Positions 28,152 through 37,986 of a stretch of DNA of 64,000 nt are shown in pieces; the first letter of the stretch is position 1, and every line of letters starts with the position of its first letter. The notes below the pieces were generated by a model that had not been told where the DNA came from, searched no databases, and was given only the letters and a program-made list of their open reading frames with translations. The translations under genes and the position numbers were made by a program. Source of the DNA: Bacteriovorax stolpii (GTDB taxonomy: Bacteria; Bdellovibrionota; UBA2428); NCBI GenBank assembly GCA_945881775.1, contig CAMCVE010000007.1, positions 32,671 to 96,670 of the forward strand. Direction: 5' to 3'.

Positions 28152-29462
28152 TTAGTAGCGGTAAGTTTCGGGCTTAAAGGGTCCTTCGACTGGAATGCTG
28201 AGGTACTCGGCTTGCTTCGAGCTGAGCTTGGTGAGCTTCACGCCGAGCTTGCCCAAGTGAAGCGCGGCGACTTTTTCGTCGAGCTTTTTGGGGAGCAAGT
28301 AGAGCTTGTTCTCGTACTTCTTGGTGCCGCGTTGCTGCCAGAGCTCGATCTGCGCCATCACCTGGTTGGTGAACGACGCGCTCATCACAAAACTTGGATG
28401 GCCCGAGGCGCATCCGAGGTTCACGAGACGGCCTTCGGCGAGCACGGTGAGGACCTTGCCACTGGGCCAGCGGAACTGATCGACTTGTGGCTTCACATTG
28501 ATCTTCTCGAGAGTCTTATCTCCGTAGAGGCTTCCCACTTGAATTTCGGAATCAAAGTGACCAATGTTGCAGACGATCGCCTGATCTTTCATGCGGTCCA
28601 TGTGCGCGCGTGTGATGACATCGACGTTACCCGTAGCAGTGACGAAGATATCGCCGTAAGCGGCTGCGTCGTCCATCGTGACAACCTCGAAGCCTTCCAT
28701 CGCGGCCTGAAGGGCGCAGATGGGGTCGATCTCGGTGACCACGATACGAGCTCCGAGACCTTTAGCCGACTGAACGCAGCCTTTGCCCACATCACCGTAG
28801 CCCGCGACCACCACGACTTTGCCCGCAAACATCACGTCGGTTGCGCGCTTGACGGCATCGACGAAAGATTCGCGACATCCGTAAAGATTGTCGAACTTGC
28901 TCTTGGTGCAGGAATCGTTGACGTTGATCGCAGGGATCTTAAGAGTTCCATTAAGGACGCGTTGAGCGAGACGGTGCACACCCGTGGTGGTCTCTTCAGA
29001 GAGACCGTGGATGTCTTTGAGCATCGCGGGATACTGATCGTGAATCATATTGGTGAGATCACCGCCGTCATCAAGAATCAAATTCAGGCCCGAACCATCG
29101 GGCCACTTGAGTGTTTGCTCAATACACCAGTCAAACTCCTCGGCGTTCATGCCTTTCCAGGCAAAAACTGGAACACCGCTGGCGGCGATCGCAGCCGCAG
29201 CGTGATCTTGCGTTGAGAAGATATTGCAAGAGCTCCAACGAACTTCAGCTCCGAGATCCGTGAGCGTCTCGATGAGGACAGCCGTCTGAATGGTCATGTG
29301 CAAACAGCCCGCAATCTTGGCGCCTTTGAGGGGAAATTTTCCCTTGTACTCCTCACGCAGTGCCATCAGGCCAGGCATTTCACTTTCGGCGATGCCAATT
29401 TCTTTGCGGCCCCATTCGGCCAAAGAGAGATCTTTAACTTTGAAGTCGTTTTTTGCGCTCAT
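28152..29462 (-). CDS. ahcY: Adenosylhomocysteinase
   Basis: Full-length S-adenosyl-L-homocysteine hydrolase, including the NAD-binding GYGDVGKG motif. Confidence 0.95.
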   Translation of the reverse strand: MSAKNDFKVKDLSLAEWGRKEIGIAESEMPGLMALREEYKGKFPLKGAKIAGCLHMTIQTAVLIETLTDLGAEVRWSSCNIFSTQDHAAAAIAASGVPVFAWKGMNAEEFDWCIEQTLKWPDGSGLNLILDDGGDLTNMIHDQYPAMLKDIHGLSEETTTGVHRLAQRVLNGTLKIPAINVNDSCTKSKFDNLYGCRESFVDAVKRATDVMFAGKVVVVAGYGDVGKGCVQSAKGLGARIVVTEIDPICALQAAMEGFEVVTMDDAAAYGDIFVTATGNVDVITRAHMDRMKDQAIVCNIGHFDSEIQVGSLYGDKTLEKINVKPQVDQFRWPSGKVLTVLAEGRLVNLGCASGHPSFVMSASFTNQVMAQIELWQQRGTKKYENKLYLLPKKLDEKVAALHLGKLGVKLTKLSSKQAEYLSIPVEGPFKPETYRY

Positions 29463-29528
29463 AAGAAGAGGAACTTATCTGCTCACTTCAACGAGCGCAA
29501 GCCACTAGTGGGCAGTCAAAAAATCAGC

Positions 29529-30932
29529 CTAGATACGAATTGTCTCAGTCTCGGAGGCGACTTCCGCAGACCAACCCAGCTCCAATTTGATTCGAGCTTT
29601 GAGCGCGGCAGAGGCAGCAGGATCCCCATGGTTGAGAAAAATCCGACTCGGCGGGCGCCTTAATTTCTTCAGCCAATCGATCAGATCGTTGGCATCTCCG
29701 TGGGCCGAGAGAGCTGGGATCGTGCGGATTGCGGCCTTTACGGGGACCTCTTCATGGTGAATGCGCAGCGATCCATCGAGCTCGCCCTTGTCCTGAAGAT
29801 AGCGACCTTTGGAGCCCTCGGCCTGGTAGCCCGCAAAAAGAACGGTGTTCTTTGCGTAGGGAAGTCGCGACTTCAGGTGATGGAGGATACGCCCTCCGCT
29901 GAGCATGCCTGCAGCAGAAATCACGATCAGCGGGCCGTCCTGCAGACACGCCATCATCGAATCGTCGGGGCTTTCGACTGTGCCGAACCCGGCCGGAAAA
30001 AAGTTCTCAGGGGTATTCTTAGAAAACTGGGCGTCGAGGCGATGGTCTTCAGGGTGAGCAAGATAAAGATCCGTGGCCTTCGAAGACATCGGACTATCGA
30101 GAATCACCGGGAGTCGAGGAATGCGTCCCTCGTCCTCCAGGAGTCGGAGCATGTAGAGAATTTCTTGAGCGCGCCCCACGGCAAAAGCGGGAATCACGAG
30201 CACACCACCCTTGGCTCGAGTTTCGAGAACGACCGCGGCTAGAGCATCCAAAGGATCCACTCGCTCGTGAGGTCTGTCGCCGTAGGTCGATTCCAGGATC
30301 AGGATGTCTGTTTCGGGGGGAGTCTCGGGACCTCGCAAAGTGCGCATCCTATCGTGACCCACGTCGCCCGAGAAGGTCACGAGTCGCGGTCCCCCATCGA
30401 TATCAAAACCCAATTGTAAGCTCTTGGCCCCAACGATGTGCCCCGATCGGAAGACACGACACGAAAGGCCTGGAAGAATCGCCGTCCAACCCTGATCCGG
30501 CAAAATCTTAAGCTTCCGGAGCACATCCTCAACATCGTCTCGGGTATAGAGGGCCAGCGCAGGCCTGTGCCGCGAATGTTGGGTGCGGTTGGCAAAGTCT
30601 GCATCTTCTTCTTGAATCTTCGCCGAATCAACGAGCAGAATTTTCAGCAGATCGGCCGTCCCAGCGGAGCAAAAAATCGGCCCCGAAAAGCCACCCTTCA
30701 CCAAACGAGGCAAGAAGCCCGAGTGATCCAAATGAGCATGGGTGAGGAGAACGGCTTCGATGCGATGGGGATCTTCAGGAAAGGCCTCCCAATTGCGCTC
30801 TCGAATCGAACGGGGCCCCTGAAAAAGACCACAATCCACCAACACGCGCGAGCCCCCGAAAGTCACGAGTGTGCGACTTCCGGTCACGGTGCCCGCAGCA
30901 CCTAGAAACTGAATCTCGATGGAGTGTTTCAC
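29529..30932 (-). CDS. MBL-fold beta-CASP ribonuclease (RNase J / CPSF-like)
   Basis: HAHLDHSG motif, beta-CASP region and a C-terminal RNA-metabolising MBL domain. Confidence 0.75.
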   Translation of the reverse strand: MKHSIEIQFLGAAGTVTGSRTLVTFGGSRVLVDCGLFQGPRSIRERNWEAFPEDPHRIEAVLLTHAHLDHSGFLPRLVKGGFSGPIFCSAGTADLLKILLVDSAKIQEEDADFANRTQHSRHRPALALYTRDDVEDVLRKLKILPDQGWTAILPGLSCRVFRSGHIVGAKSLQLGFDIDGGPRLVTFSGDVGHDRMRTLRGPETPPETDILILESTYGDRPHERVDPLDALAAVVLETRAKGGVLVIPAFAVGRAQEILYMLRLLEDEGRIPRLPVILDSPMSSKATDLYLAHPEDHRLDAQFSKNTPENFFPAGFGTVESPDDSMMACLQDGPLIVISAAGMLSGGRILHHLKSRLPYAKNTVLFAGYQAEGSKGRYLQDKGELDGSLRIHHEEVPVKAAIRTIPALSAHGDANDLIDWLKKLRRPPSRIFLNHGDPAASAALKARIKLELGWSAEVASETETIRI

Positions 30933-30945
30933 GCTTTGACGCGCT

Positions 30946-31464
30946 TCACTTCGTGAGGACGCCCTGTTTGTCGAGTTTTGCCAGGTGCAACCAGAGGGAC
31001 CCGGCTGCGATCTCGGCGTTGACGCCGCGCTTTTGGTACTTTTTCATCCAGGTCACACTCGCAGCACCGCCCAGGCCCATCATCTGGGCGTTGAAGGGAG
31101 AAATCTTAGACCAATCAAAGCCCGCTTCTTTGTAGGAAGCATTGTGGCGAATGGCGCCGACGCGGATCAGGTCCTCAACACCCTTTTTCATCTTCTCAAG
31201 GAAAGCCTTGGGGTCCTTATTGAAAGCCGCATCTCCACCAAGAGCTTTGTAGGTTTTCCAGGTTTTTGGCTGATCGAGCTTGGCAGCCTCTTTCACATTG
31301 CCACCCTCACCCGCGATGCCGTGGCAAAAGAGGCAGGAGTTGCCGCCCTCTTGTTCATAGAGTCCTTGGCCCATCACCTGACTGGGCTCGAGCTTGGCGG
31401 AGGCCTCGCCCACGAAACCTAGGACGCCAAGAAGTAAAATCACGCGCTGGGAGATCTTGTTCAT
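30946..31464 (-). CDS. Mono-haem c-type cytochrome
   Basis: Signal peptide followed by CLFCHG (CxxCH). Start trimmed to MNKISQRVILLLGVLGF. Confidence 0.7.
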   Translation of the reverse strand: MNKISQRVILLLGVLGFVGEASAKLEPSQVMGQGLYEQEGGNSCLFCHGIAGEGGNVKEAAKLDQPKTWKTYKALGGDAAFNKDPKAFLEKMKKGVEDLIRVGAIRHNASYKEAGFDWSKISPFNAQMMGLGGAASVTWMKKYQKRGVNAEIAAGSLWLHLAKLDKQGVLTK

Positions 31465-31657
31465 AGATGACCCTGTTTTAATCCCAGCTGCTAGGACGAT
31501 CAAGGCGTTTCCAACCCCTTTAAAGGGATAGTGATCAAAAAAGTAGCCTAGATCTCGACAAAGAGATCGGCAAACACCGTCACCCGGAAACGACAAAGGC
31601 CCCCTCTATTCAGAGGGAGCCTTGTGATGAAAACCTTTGGTGATCTATCAGTCGGAC

Positions 31658-32347
31658 TTAGTGCGAGGACTCGACGCGAGCGGGTTCGCTGACCGAAGCT
31701 TCAGCCTCTTGACCCGCTTCAAGTCGAGCCTTTACGACATCGACCTTGAGCTTGTTCTTGTTGTTCTTGTACATGAACCAGCCGATCAGGCCGACCACGA
31801 CAACCGATGCGATTGCGACTGCGATGGTGTTGATATTCTTCTCGCTGAGAGCGTGAGAGGAAGGAACCACGAGGTCCCAGATCATGTTGAGAGAGAACCC
31901 CTCGGCTTTTGCAATAGGTTGGATGCGAGCGACGTTCTTCTCGACGCTTTCTTTCTCGTTCCAAGTGAAATCGAGGCCGTTGATCTTGAAGATCCCTTTG
32001 TCGAGATCGATGGGTTGGATCTTAATCGGATCGGCGCCCTTAACGTTGACCACGAAGACGGCTTTGTCGACCGTCACAGTGGGCATCTCTGAGGGGCTCA
32101 GACTCTTTGAGACGAAGGCTGCATCTTCTTTGTTGAAGACTTCCTCACCGAAAGCATTGATGAAGACGTTGATGTCTTGTTTCTTGGCCGCTTTCTTAGA
32201 AGCAGCAGCGTAGAGGCCTGCGATGTCTTTCATTTGCGGACGATAAAATCCTGAAGCGTTTGAGGCGGGAGCCAAAAAAGCCGTCGTGGAATATGCGACC
32301 AAAGTTAAAGTGCTTGCGATTCTCTTGAAAAAATTTTGTTGTGCCAT
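31658..32347 (-). CDS. Hypothetical exported, membrane-anchored protein (C-terminal TM helix)
   Basis: N-terminal signal-like segment and a C-terminal TM (IAVAIASVVVVGLIGWFMY) followed by a KNNKNK tail. Confidence 0.5.
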   Translation of the reverse strand: MAQQNFFKRIASTLTLVAYSTTAFLAPASNASGFYRPQMKDIAGLYAAASKKAAKKQDINVFINAFGEEVFNKEDAAFVSKSLSPSEMPTVTVDKAVFVVNVKGADPIKIQPIDLDKGIFKINGLDFTWNEKESVEKNVARIQPIAKAEGFSLNMIWDLVVPSSHALSEKNINTIAVAIASVVVVGLIGWFMYKNNKNKLKVDVVKARLEAGQEAEASVSEPARVESSH

Positions 32348-32653
32348 AACCCTCTCCTGAAAAATGAGACCCCTGATGATTTTTTAACCCCTGGACTGGA
32401 ACCTAAACCGACGCTCAAAGTGTGTACTAACCCCTATGGAGCAAGGCCCATACCAAATCGACTATCCCAACACTTAGGCTAAATCGCAGGGACGATCCTG
32501 TAACAATTTTCGTCCGATTGTCGAAAACTTCAACACCACGAGCAGCAGAAATCCGTCGGATTTAGCCTTTGATATCGTAACATTGAGTTAAGAATGGGTT
32601 AAGAAACGCCTAGAGATTGGACAGTTTTCTTTGAGAGGGAAGAATTTTGGAGG

Positions 32654-32756
32654 GAGCCACATCGCTTCAAAACGTGTGCCCCAAAGGGCAACTTTTGCCG
32701 CTGGGAAGGGGAGCCACATCGCTTCAAAACTTGCCCCAAAGGGCAACTTTTGCCGC
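32654..32756 (-). terminator. Two tandem copies of a ~57-bp structured unit; each forms a GC-rich hairpin followed by UUUUG on the minus-strand RNA, probable tandem terminators for tRNA-Phe
   Basis: Copy A is 32654-32701 and copy B is 32711-32756 (about 95% identical). On the minus strand each reads GCGGCAAAAGTTGCCCTTTGGGGCAAGTTTTGAAGCGATGTGGCTC. Confidence 0.5.
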
Positions 32757-32760
32757 GATG

Positions 32761-32836
32761 TGGTGCTCAGGGGCGGGATCGAACCGCCGACACGCGGCTC
32801 TTCAGGCCGCTGCTCTACCAGCTGAGCTACCTGAGC
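32761..32836 (-). tRNA. tRNA-Phe (GAA), CCA encoded
   Basis: Cloverleaf hand-folded: acceptor GCTCAGG/CCTGAGC, anticodon loop CTGAAGA, T-loop TTCGATC. Confidence 0.9.
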
Positions 32837-32924
32837 ATGGGACTCGGTAGACTGACAAAGAGCTACCGAAGTGGGCTGGCCACGTCAACCTAAGCCGAAA
32901 CTTTATTGGTCGCGAGGAGCAGCC

Positions 32925-33821
32925 CTAGGTCGCGATACGCGCCATCAGGCGCTCAAGGGAGTTCTCGGACATGGGTTCGTCCTTCAGAGACTTGGGAGCG
33001 ACCAGAGGCTGTGTGCGCATGACGTGGATCCACTGAAAGACCGAGATCACGATCATAATGAAACAAAGCACCTGTCCCATGGAGAAGGGACCGAGCACTG
33101 TTCCGAGAGCGTTTGGATCATCGGCAAACTGCGCGTCGGGCTGGCGCGCAAACTCCACAAAGAAACGAAAGACCCCGTAGGCACCCACAAAAATCGCCGC
33201 GAGCATCCCGTTGCGAAGCTTTCCACGCTTCAGGAGACTCTTATGGGAGAGGCTCAGCACCAAGAGAAGCAGCAAGCCTTCTGTGAGCGCTTGATAGAGC
33301 TGCGAGGGGTGCCTGGGGAGCTGCTGAGGATCGGTCGGAAAGACCATCGCCCATGGCAAGTCTGTCACGCGCCCGTAGAGCTCGGCATTTATAAAATTTC
33401 CGATGCGGCCCACGCCCAGGCCGATGGGGGCGCAGATCGCGAGCGTGTCAAGCACACTCAGAAAGTTCACCTTGTAGCGACGCGCATAAAACCACGAGGC
33501 GATCATCATGCCGAGTGCGGCGCCGTGAAACGAAAGGCCCCCCGACCAAACCGCAAGAATCTCACTCGGATTCTCTGAGTAGTGCGGCCAGTTGTAGACA
33601 AACACGTAGACGAGGCGCGCCCCTAGAAGCATCCCAATCACCACATAGGTGACATAGGTGTCAGCGAATTCCATTTTCACTTTCATGAAACCCGCACGAA
33701 TGCGCGCTTTAAGAATATGAAAACCAAACACAAAACCAATGACGTACATCAGCCCGTACCACCGGAGGTGGATCGGGCCGAAGCTGAATATTTCAGGCGA
33801 AATCTTTGGAAACGAAATCAT
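32925..33821 (-). CDS. lgt: Prolipoprotein diacylglyceryl transferase
   Basis: Lgt signature G-x-GRIGNFIN and HPSQLYQ. Confidence 0.9.
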   Translation of the reverse strand: MISFPKISPEIFSFGPIHLRWYGLMYVIGFVFGFHILKARIRAGFMKVKMEFADTYVTYVVIGMLLGARLVYVFVYNWPHYSENPSEILAVWSGGLSFHGAALGMMIASWFYARRYKVNFLSVLDTLAICAPIGLGVGRIGNFINAELYGRVTDLPWAMVFPTDPQQLPRHPSQLYQALTEGLLLLLVLSLSHKSLLKRGKLRNGMLAAIFVGAYGVFRFFVEFARQPDAQFADDPNALGTVLGPFSMGQVLCFIMIVISVFQWIHVMRTQPLVAPKSLKDEPMSENSLERLMARIAT

Positions 33822-35374
33822 TAAGGGTCAAGGATAGGACTCGAGAACCCATCCTGCAAGGCCTTGGGGGCGCTGCGCACGAAACGGCTATTAAACGGAG
33901 GCACATAGCCCGTCGGCACTTTTGCAATCGTCACGCCTGCCATTGCTCCTGCCTGAGCACGGTAGAGAGCTTCGTTCGCAAAGCGCACGAGATCAGCTGG
34001 ATTGTCGGCGTGACTCGGGAACTCTGCCACTCCGGCCGAAACAGACGCCTTGATGTCGATCGCCGTGTCCTGACGCCCGAGCTTGAGATTCGACTCGCGC
34101 ACCGCCTCAATCACCTGTTCAATCTTTTTTAGAGCGTCAACGAGCGCGGTGTGAGGCATCAGAATAGCAAAACCGTCTTGGCCAAATCTCGCCACGATAT
34201 CCGATTTACGGAAATGACGATCCAGATGACGTGTGACATGCCGGAGAATGGCTTCCGAAACGGAGCTACCGTATTGCTTCACGTAGGCGGGCATGTGATC
34301 GATATCGATACGAACGACCGTGAGCGGGTGACGCAAACGACGCGCAATCAGGAAATTCTCCTGGAGGCGTTCTTGGAACATCTTGCGTGATTGAAGTCCC
34401 GTGACAGGGTCCTTCGCGGAGACATCGACCATTTTGGAGTGCAGCCGGATGTTTTCAACCGAACTCGCACTCTGCGCAAGAAAGATATCGACGAGATTGG
34501 CGTATTCACGGCGCTGGCAAACTGAACTCTCCTGAATCGCAAAGGCTCCCTGGGGAATGCCACGAACGTAGAAAGGAAACACGCGCCAAGCGGTTTGTGC
34601 GATCCACAACTGATCAGGATCGGCTTCAGCCTGGGAACGGGACTCGATGAGGCAAGAATCCCGCAGCAAACGTTGCAGCTCCCCATCTTTCACGAGGTTC
34701 GCGAAAATCGTACGAAGTTCTTCGGCTGCGATCGACTTGCCTGCGCCTTTCAGCGGCAAGAACATTTTGGGCTGGGTTCCAGCGAAGACATCAGGGCTTG
34801 AGCGGCTACCGACCATCAACGCGCGTTGAGGAGCCTGGTATTCCAGATAAACCACACGGGCTTTTCGCGAAAAGCCCGACAGCGCGCGGCAGGTTTTGTT
34901 GAGGATTTCGCCGACACTGGTCGCCTCCGTGAGCTGCCTCTGAAAGCTGGCGATCTCGCTTAGGTACTCTTCGTACATTTGGACAACCACGGCTTCAAGC
35001 GCAGTTCCGGAACTTAAGGGCTCATCGTTTGCAATCTTCTTGAGGGACGCCGCAACCCGACTGGACGGTGGCGGTGGAAGCACAGGCCTGGATTTTGGCG
35101 TCGGCGCAGTCACGGCTGGACCCTGACCCAAATCACGATCGAGGATCTTCAGCAGCAGGCTCTGAGGTTTTTCGGAACTTGAGGAGTCGCGCCGTTTGGC
35201 CTTAAGGGCGCCTTCGACAATTGCATCAGTGGCTCGTGTCCGCGCCCTGAGCCGACGAAGAAACCACTCGCGCATCGGCTGAGTCTTTTTCATCGCGTAA
35301 TAGAGAACGGCCGCGGCGCAGAAGGACACCGCGGCAACCACACCTAAGAGAGACGGAATGGATTCAAGATTCAT
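33821..35374 (-). CDS. Membrane-anchored protein with a degenerate GGDEF domain (GQDGF in place of GGDEF)
   Basis: The C-terminal ~170 aa align to the diguanylate-cyclase fold (IDIDHMPAYVKQYGSSVSEAIL...ARFGQDGFAILMP). The N-terminus has a TM helix and a ~300-aa sensor-like region. Confidence 0.7.
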   Translation of the reverse strand: MNLESIPSLLGVVAAVSFCAAAVLYYAMKKTQPMREWFLRRLRARTRATDAIVEGALKAKRRDSSSSEKPQSLLLKILDRDLGQGPAVTAPTPKSRPVLPPPPSSRVAASLKKIANDEPLSSGTALEAVVVQMYEEYLSEIASFQRQLTEATSVGEILNKTCRALSGFSRKARVVYLEYQAPQRALMVGSRSSPDVFAGTQPKMFLPLKGAGKSIAAEELRTIFANLVKDGELQRLLRDSCLIESRSQAEADPDQLWIAQTAWRVFPFYVRGIPQGAFAIQESSVCQRREYANLVDIFLAQSASSVENIRLHSKMVDVSAKDPVTGLQSRKMFQERLQENFLIARRLRHPLTVVRIDIDHMPAYVKQYGSSVSEAILRHVTRHLDRHFRKSDIVARFGQDGFAILMPHTALVDALKKIEQVIEAVRESNLKLGRQDTAIDIKASVSAGVAEFPSHADNPADLVRFANEALYRAQAGAMAGVTIAKVPTGYVPPFNSRFVRSAPKALQDGFSSPILDP

Positions 35375-35913
35375 TGCACAGAGTCTACTCGATTTTGAAT
35401 CGCGGGCGAAAATTGAAGTTTGACGCTCAAGGAGCCACGGCTCGACTCAATGACAAATTCGCGCTCACGATTCGCTTTCTGAGTAAAATCAACAATAAAG
35501 ACCCGGTAGTACGGGAAGGCATAGGGATAAAGCGTTTGAATGAGAAACGAAGACGTCAACTCTTCGACGCTTAAGGAATAGTCGCCGTCGAGGCGAAAAT
35601 GCATTTCGTCCCTCCAAAAGGGAACTCGGTTCTGGGACGACACAGCTACAATCACTTGATCATGACTGGGATCGAACTTGAATTCGAAACCGGGGCTCAC
35701 CGTGGTCTGCAAGTCGTACATCTCTTTCGAGCCCGGCATCACCTTCATGGAAAGTCGTTGTTCACCACGAACAAAGAGCCTTTCCTCGCGGAGCTGTTTC
35801 TCAACCAAGGATTGGTATTGAGCGTTCTCAGAGCGGTAGGAATTGAAATAGGCGCAAGAACTCAGCAGAACAAGCGTTGCGAGCGAAGCGACAAAACAAC
35901 CGCGAAGTTTCAT
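35371..35913 (-). CDS. Hypothetical lipoprotein
   Basis: Signal peptide with lipobox (LLSSC). 4-nt overlap with the downstream gene. Confidence 0.55.
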   Translation of the reverse strand: MKLRGCFVASLATLVLLSSCAYFNSYRSENAQYQSLVEKQLREERLFVRGEQRLSMKVMPGSKEMYDLQTTVSPGFEFKFDPSHDQVIVAVSSQNRVPFWRDEMHFRLDGDYSLSVEELTSSFLIQTLYPYAFPYYRVFIVDFTQKANREREFVIESSRGSLSVKLQFSPAIQNRVDSVQ

Positions 35914-36473
35914 GTGTCCTTTAGTACATCACGAATTCTGTAAAGGGCCAAGACAGGGAGCCCCAACTCCGTCGCGAGCTTTTCGACGCCACCCATCTCG
36001 CGGTCCAGAATGCAGGCGATGCCTTTGAGCGGAAAGCCGCCTTCCAGGAGGTGCTGAGCCGCAGAAAGCGAGGATCCACCGGTGCTGATCACATCCTCAA
36101 GCAGCCAAAGACTTTTAAGCTGAGATCGCAAATGCTTGCGCCCCTCAACGCGTCCGCCTTGGGTGGCGCCATGGCCCTTGGCTTCTTTACGAATGAGAAA
36201 TGCATCGATCGACTCACCCTCGGCATAAGCTGCGAGCACAGCACTTGAGGCCAAGGGATCGCCTCCGAGACTCACGCCCGCGACGCAGTCTGGCCGCGGG
36301 GACTGGAGCTTAAGGAGTTTCCAAAATTCCTGGCCGATGAGTGCCAGCGAGGCCCCCTGCAAACTGATTTGCTTGGTGTCCACGTAATAGGACGAGCGCT
36401 GCCCGCTTGCCAGTACGATATCCACGCCGGTCTTGAGGGCATCTTGTTTAAGATATTCGAGAAGAGTTTTCAT
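35910..36473 (-). CDS. pyrE: Orotate phosphoribosyltransferase
   Basis: PRPP-binding LLEDVISTGGS motif and full-length OPRTase similarity. Confidence 0.85.
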   Translation of the reverse strand: MKTLLEYLKQDALKTGVDIVLASGQRSSYYVDTKQISLQGASLALIGQEFWKLLKLQSPRPDCVAGVSLGGDPLASSAVLAAYAEGESIDAFLIRKEAKGHGATQGGRVEGRKHLRSQLKSLWLLEDVISTGGSSLSAAQHLLEGGFPLKGIACILDREMGGVEKLATELGLPVLALYRIRDVLKDT

Positions 36474-37357
36474 AAGAACCACTCCGCAATTGCGCGGTAA
36501 ACATCGCGCTTGGAAATGTCGTTGATGATTTCGTGTTTGTTGCCTGGGAACTTGTAGAGGGCCTTGTGCGTACCTAGCTTTAGATAAAGATCCTCGATGG
36601 CTTTCGGGTCCACAATCGGATCATCTTCTCCTACCGCGAGAGCAAGGGGGATCTCAATGTCCGCAGGTCCAGCCATCACCTCTTCGGCCGCTGCCTGCAA
36701 TGACAGGAAAAGTTCTGGGCTCGCAAATCCGTGGACGAGTGGGTCCTGGCGGAACGATCCCAAGTTGGCCGCCTCGATACTAAGATCATTCACGCCGATA
36801 CCGCTCCCGATCTCAAAATGCGGAGCGATTTGAAGAAGCTTTTCGGCGAGTGTTTTCTTCCATTCGGGCACAGGAAGTCTCAGACGAAGCGGTGGCGCCG
36901 AAGCAAAAGCGGCTTGGGCAAAGTCTCCCTCAAAACCTTCTTCGCGAGCGTGCAAAATCCAACTGAGCATCAGAAGCGCCCCGAGGCTGTGGCCAAACAT
37001 AAACCAAGGCTTCGAAGCGGCACCGGCTTTGGCGCGCGGACCTTGGACGCGCCAAAAGTCGAGAGCCGCCTTGAGGGACGAGCGCATCGCACGGAAGGAA
37101 CGAAGCTCGGGTGAGGCGCCTGAGCTGCGACTCAGTCCGTGCCCGGGATGATCTGGAGCAAGAACGTCGAAACCGAGGAGTGTCAAAAAACTTGCGAGCT
37201 CGTCGTAGCGTGCTGCGTGTTCGCCGATGCCGTGCACGATCCAGATGTATCCGCGAGGTGGAACCTGGGTGCCGTATTTGTTGACCCACCAATGGAGACT
37301 CAGTTCAACGGACTTGCCGGAGGGATCGGTCCAGGGGTAGTTAAGAACGTCTTTCAC
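36470..37357 (-). CDS. Alpha/beta hydrolase (lysophospholipase / monoacylglycerol-lipase-like)
   Basis: HGIGEHAARY...GHSLGA nucleophile elbow and a 295-aa fold. Confidence 0.75.
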   Translation of the reverse strand: MKDVLNYPWTDPSGKSVELSLHWWVNKYGTQVPPRGYIWIVHGIGEHAARYDELASFLTLLGFDVLAPDHPGHGLSRSSGASPELRSFRAMRSSLKAALDFWRVQGPRAKAGAASKPWFMFGHSLGALLMLSWILHAREEGFEGDFAQAAFASAPPLRLRLPVPEWKKTLAEKLLQIAPHFEIGSGIGVNDLSIEAANLGSFRQDPLVHGFASPELFLSLQAAAEEVMAGPADIEIPLALAVGEDDPIVDPKAIEDLYLKLGTHKALYKFPGNKHEIINDISKRDVYRAIAEWFL

Positions 37358-37408
37358 GACTTTCAGATATACTCAAAAGCGAGAGGCGATGATAGACTCC
37401 TAAGGGAG

Positions 37409-37975
37409 ATGTTAGGAATTCCTCTCTCCCGCCTTAAGGCGTTTCTTGTGCTGTCCCTTTTGACGCCAGCCTTTGCGCTTGCTCAGAGGTCGGGTGGCGG
37501 CGAGCTCAACGCAGACTATGCGGTCGAGATCATGCCCTTCGTCGGCAAGAACCTGCCTTATGATCTCTGGGGTGCAGACGACGGCCTTCTCAGTGTTTTT
37601 GGACTCCGGAGTAGCCTCCGTTTGCCCAATCCTACCGGCTCGATTGAAGTTTCCGCTTTCGCACACCACAAGATTCCCGACAAGGCCTACAGCGGAGAAA
37701 TCGCCTACCGCCACGAAGTCTATTCCAATTTTCTCAACGGATTTTTCAATATTGGTTTTCACTATTCCTACTTCGATCTCGAAGCAGATCTTGAGGCTGA
37801 CGGATCTTGCCGTCTCCCAGGATGCGCCACGGATTCTGGATCACACTCGGGCCTGAGTTACGGCGGAGGCATCATGCTCCCCGTGGGCGTTTATCCCATT
37901 AAGCTCGGCGTGCGCTTCTACCAGAATCCTCAGAGCTGGTTGCTCCTTGAAGCCGGCTACGGTTTCCGTTTTTAG
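37409..37975 (+). CDS. Small outer-membrane beta-barrel protein
   Basis: Signal peptide MLGIPLSRLKAFLVLSLLTPAFALA and C-terminal ...LEAGYGFRF. The longer N-terminus on the track overlaps the hydrolase gene and was rejected. Confidence 0.6.
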   Translation: MLGIPLSRLKAFLVLSLLTPAFALAQRSGGGELNADYAVEIMPFVGKNLPYDLWGADDGLLSVFGLRSSLRLPNPTGSIEVSAFAHHKIPDKAYSGEIAYRHEVYSNFLNGFFNIGFHYSYFDLEADLEADGSCRLPGCATDSGSHSGLSYGGGIMLPVGVYPIKLGVRFYQNPQSWLLLEAGYGFRF

Positions 37976-37986
37976 GATTTAGAAAA

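Noticed and set aside
28212-29216. 334-aa plus-strand ORF
   Set aside because: Antisense to ahcY.
37139-37408. N-terminal 90 codons of track ORF 37139-37975; the same applies to 41377-41628, 12147 ORF upstream to 13664, 6281 ORF upstream to 7891, 45104 ORF upstream to 46141
   Set aside because: These extensions overlap convincingly real neighbouring genes and lack a signal peptide, whereas an internal Met is immediately followed by a canonical signal peptide. Starts were trimmed accordingly.
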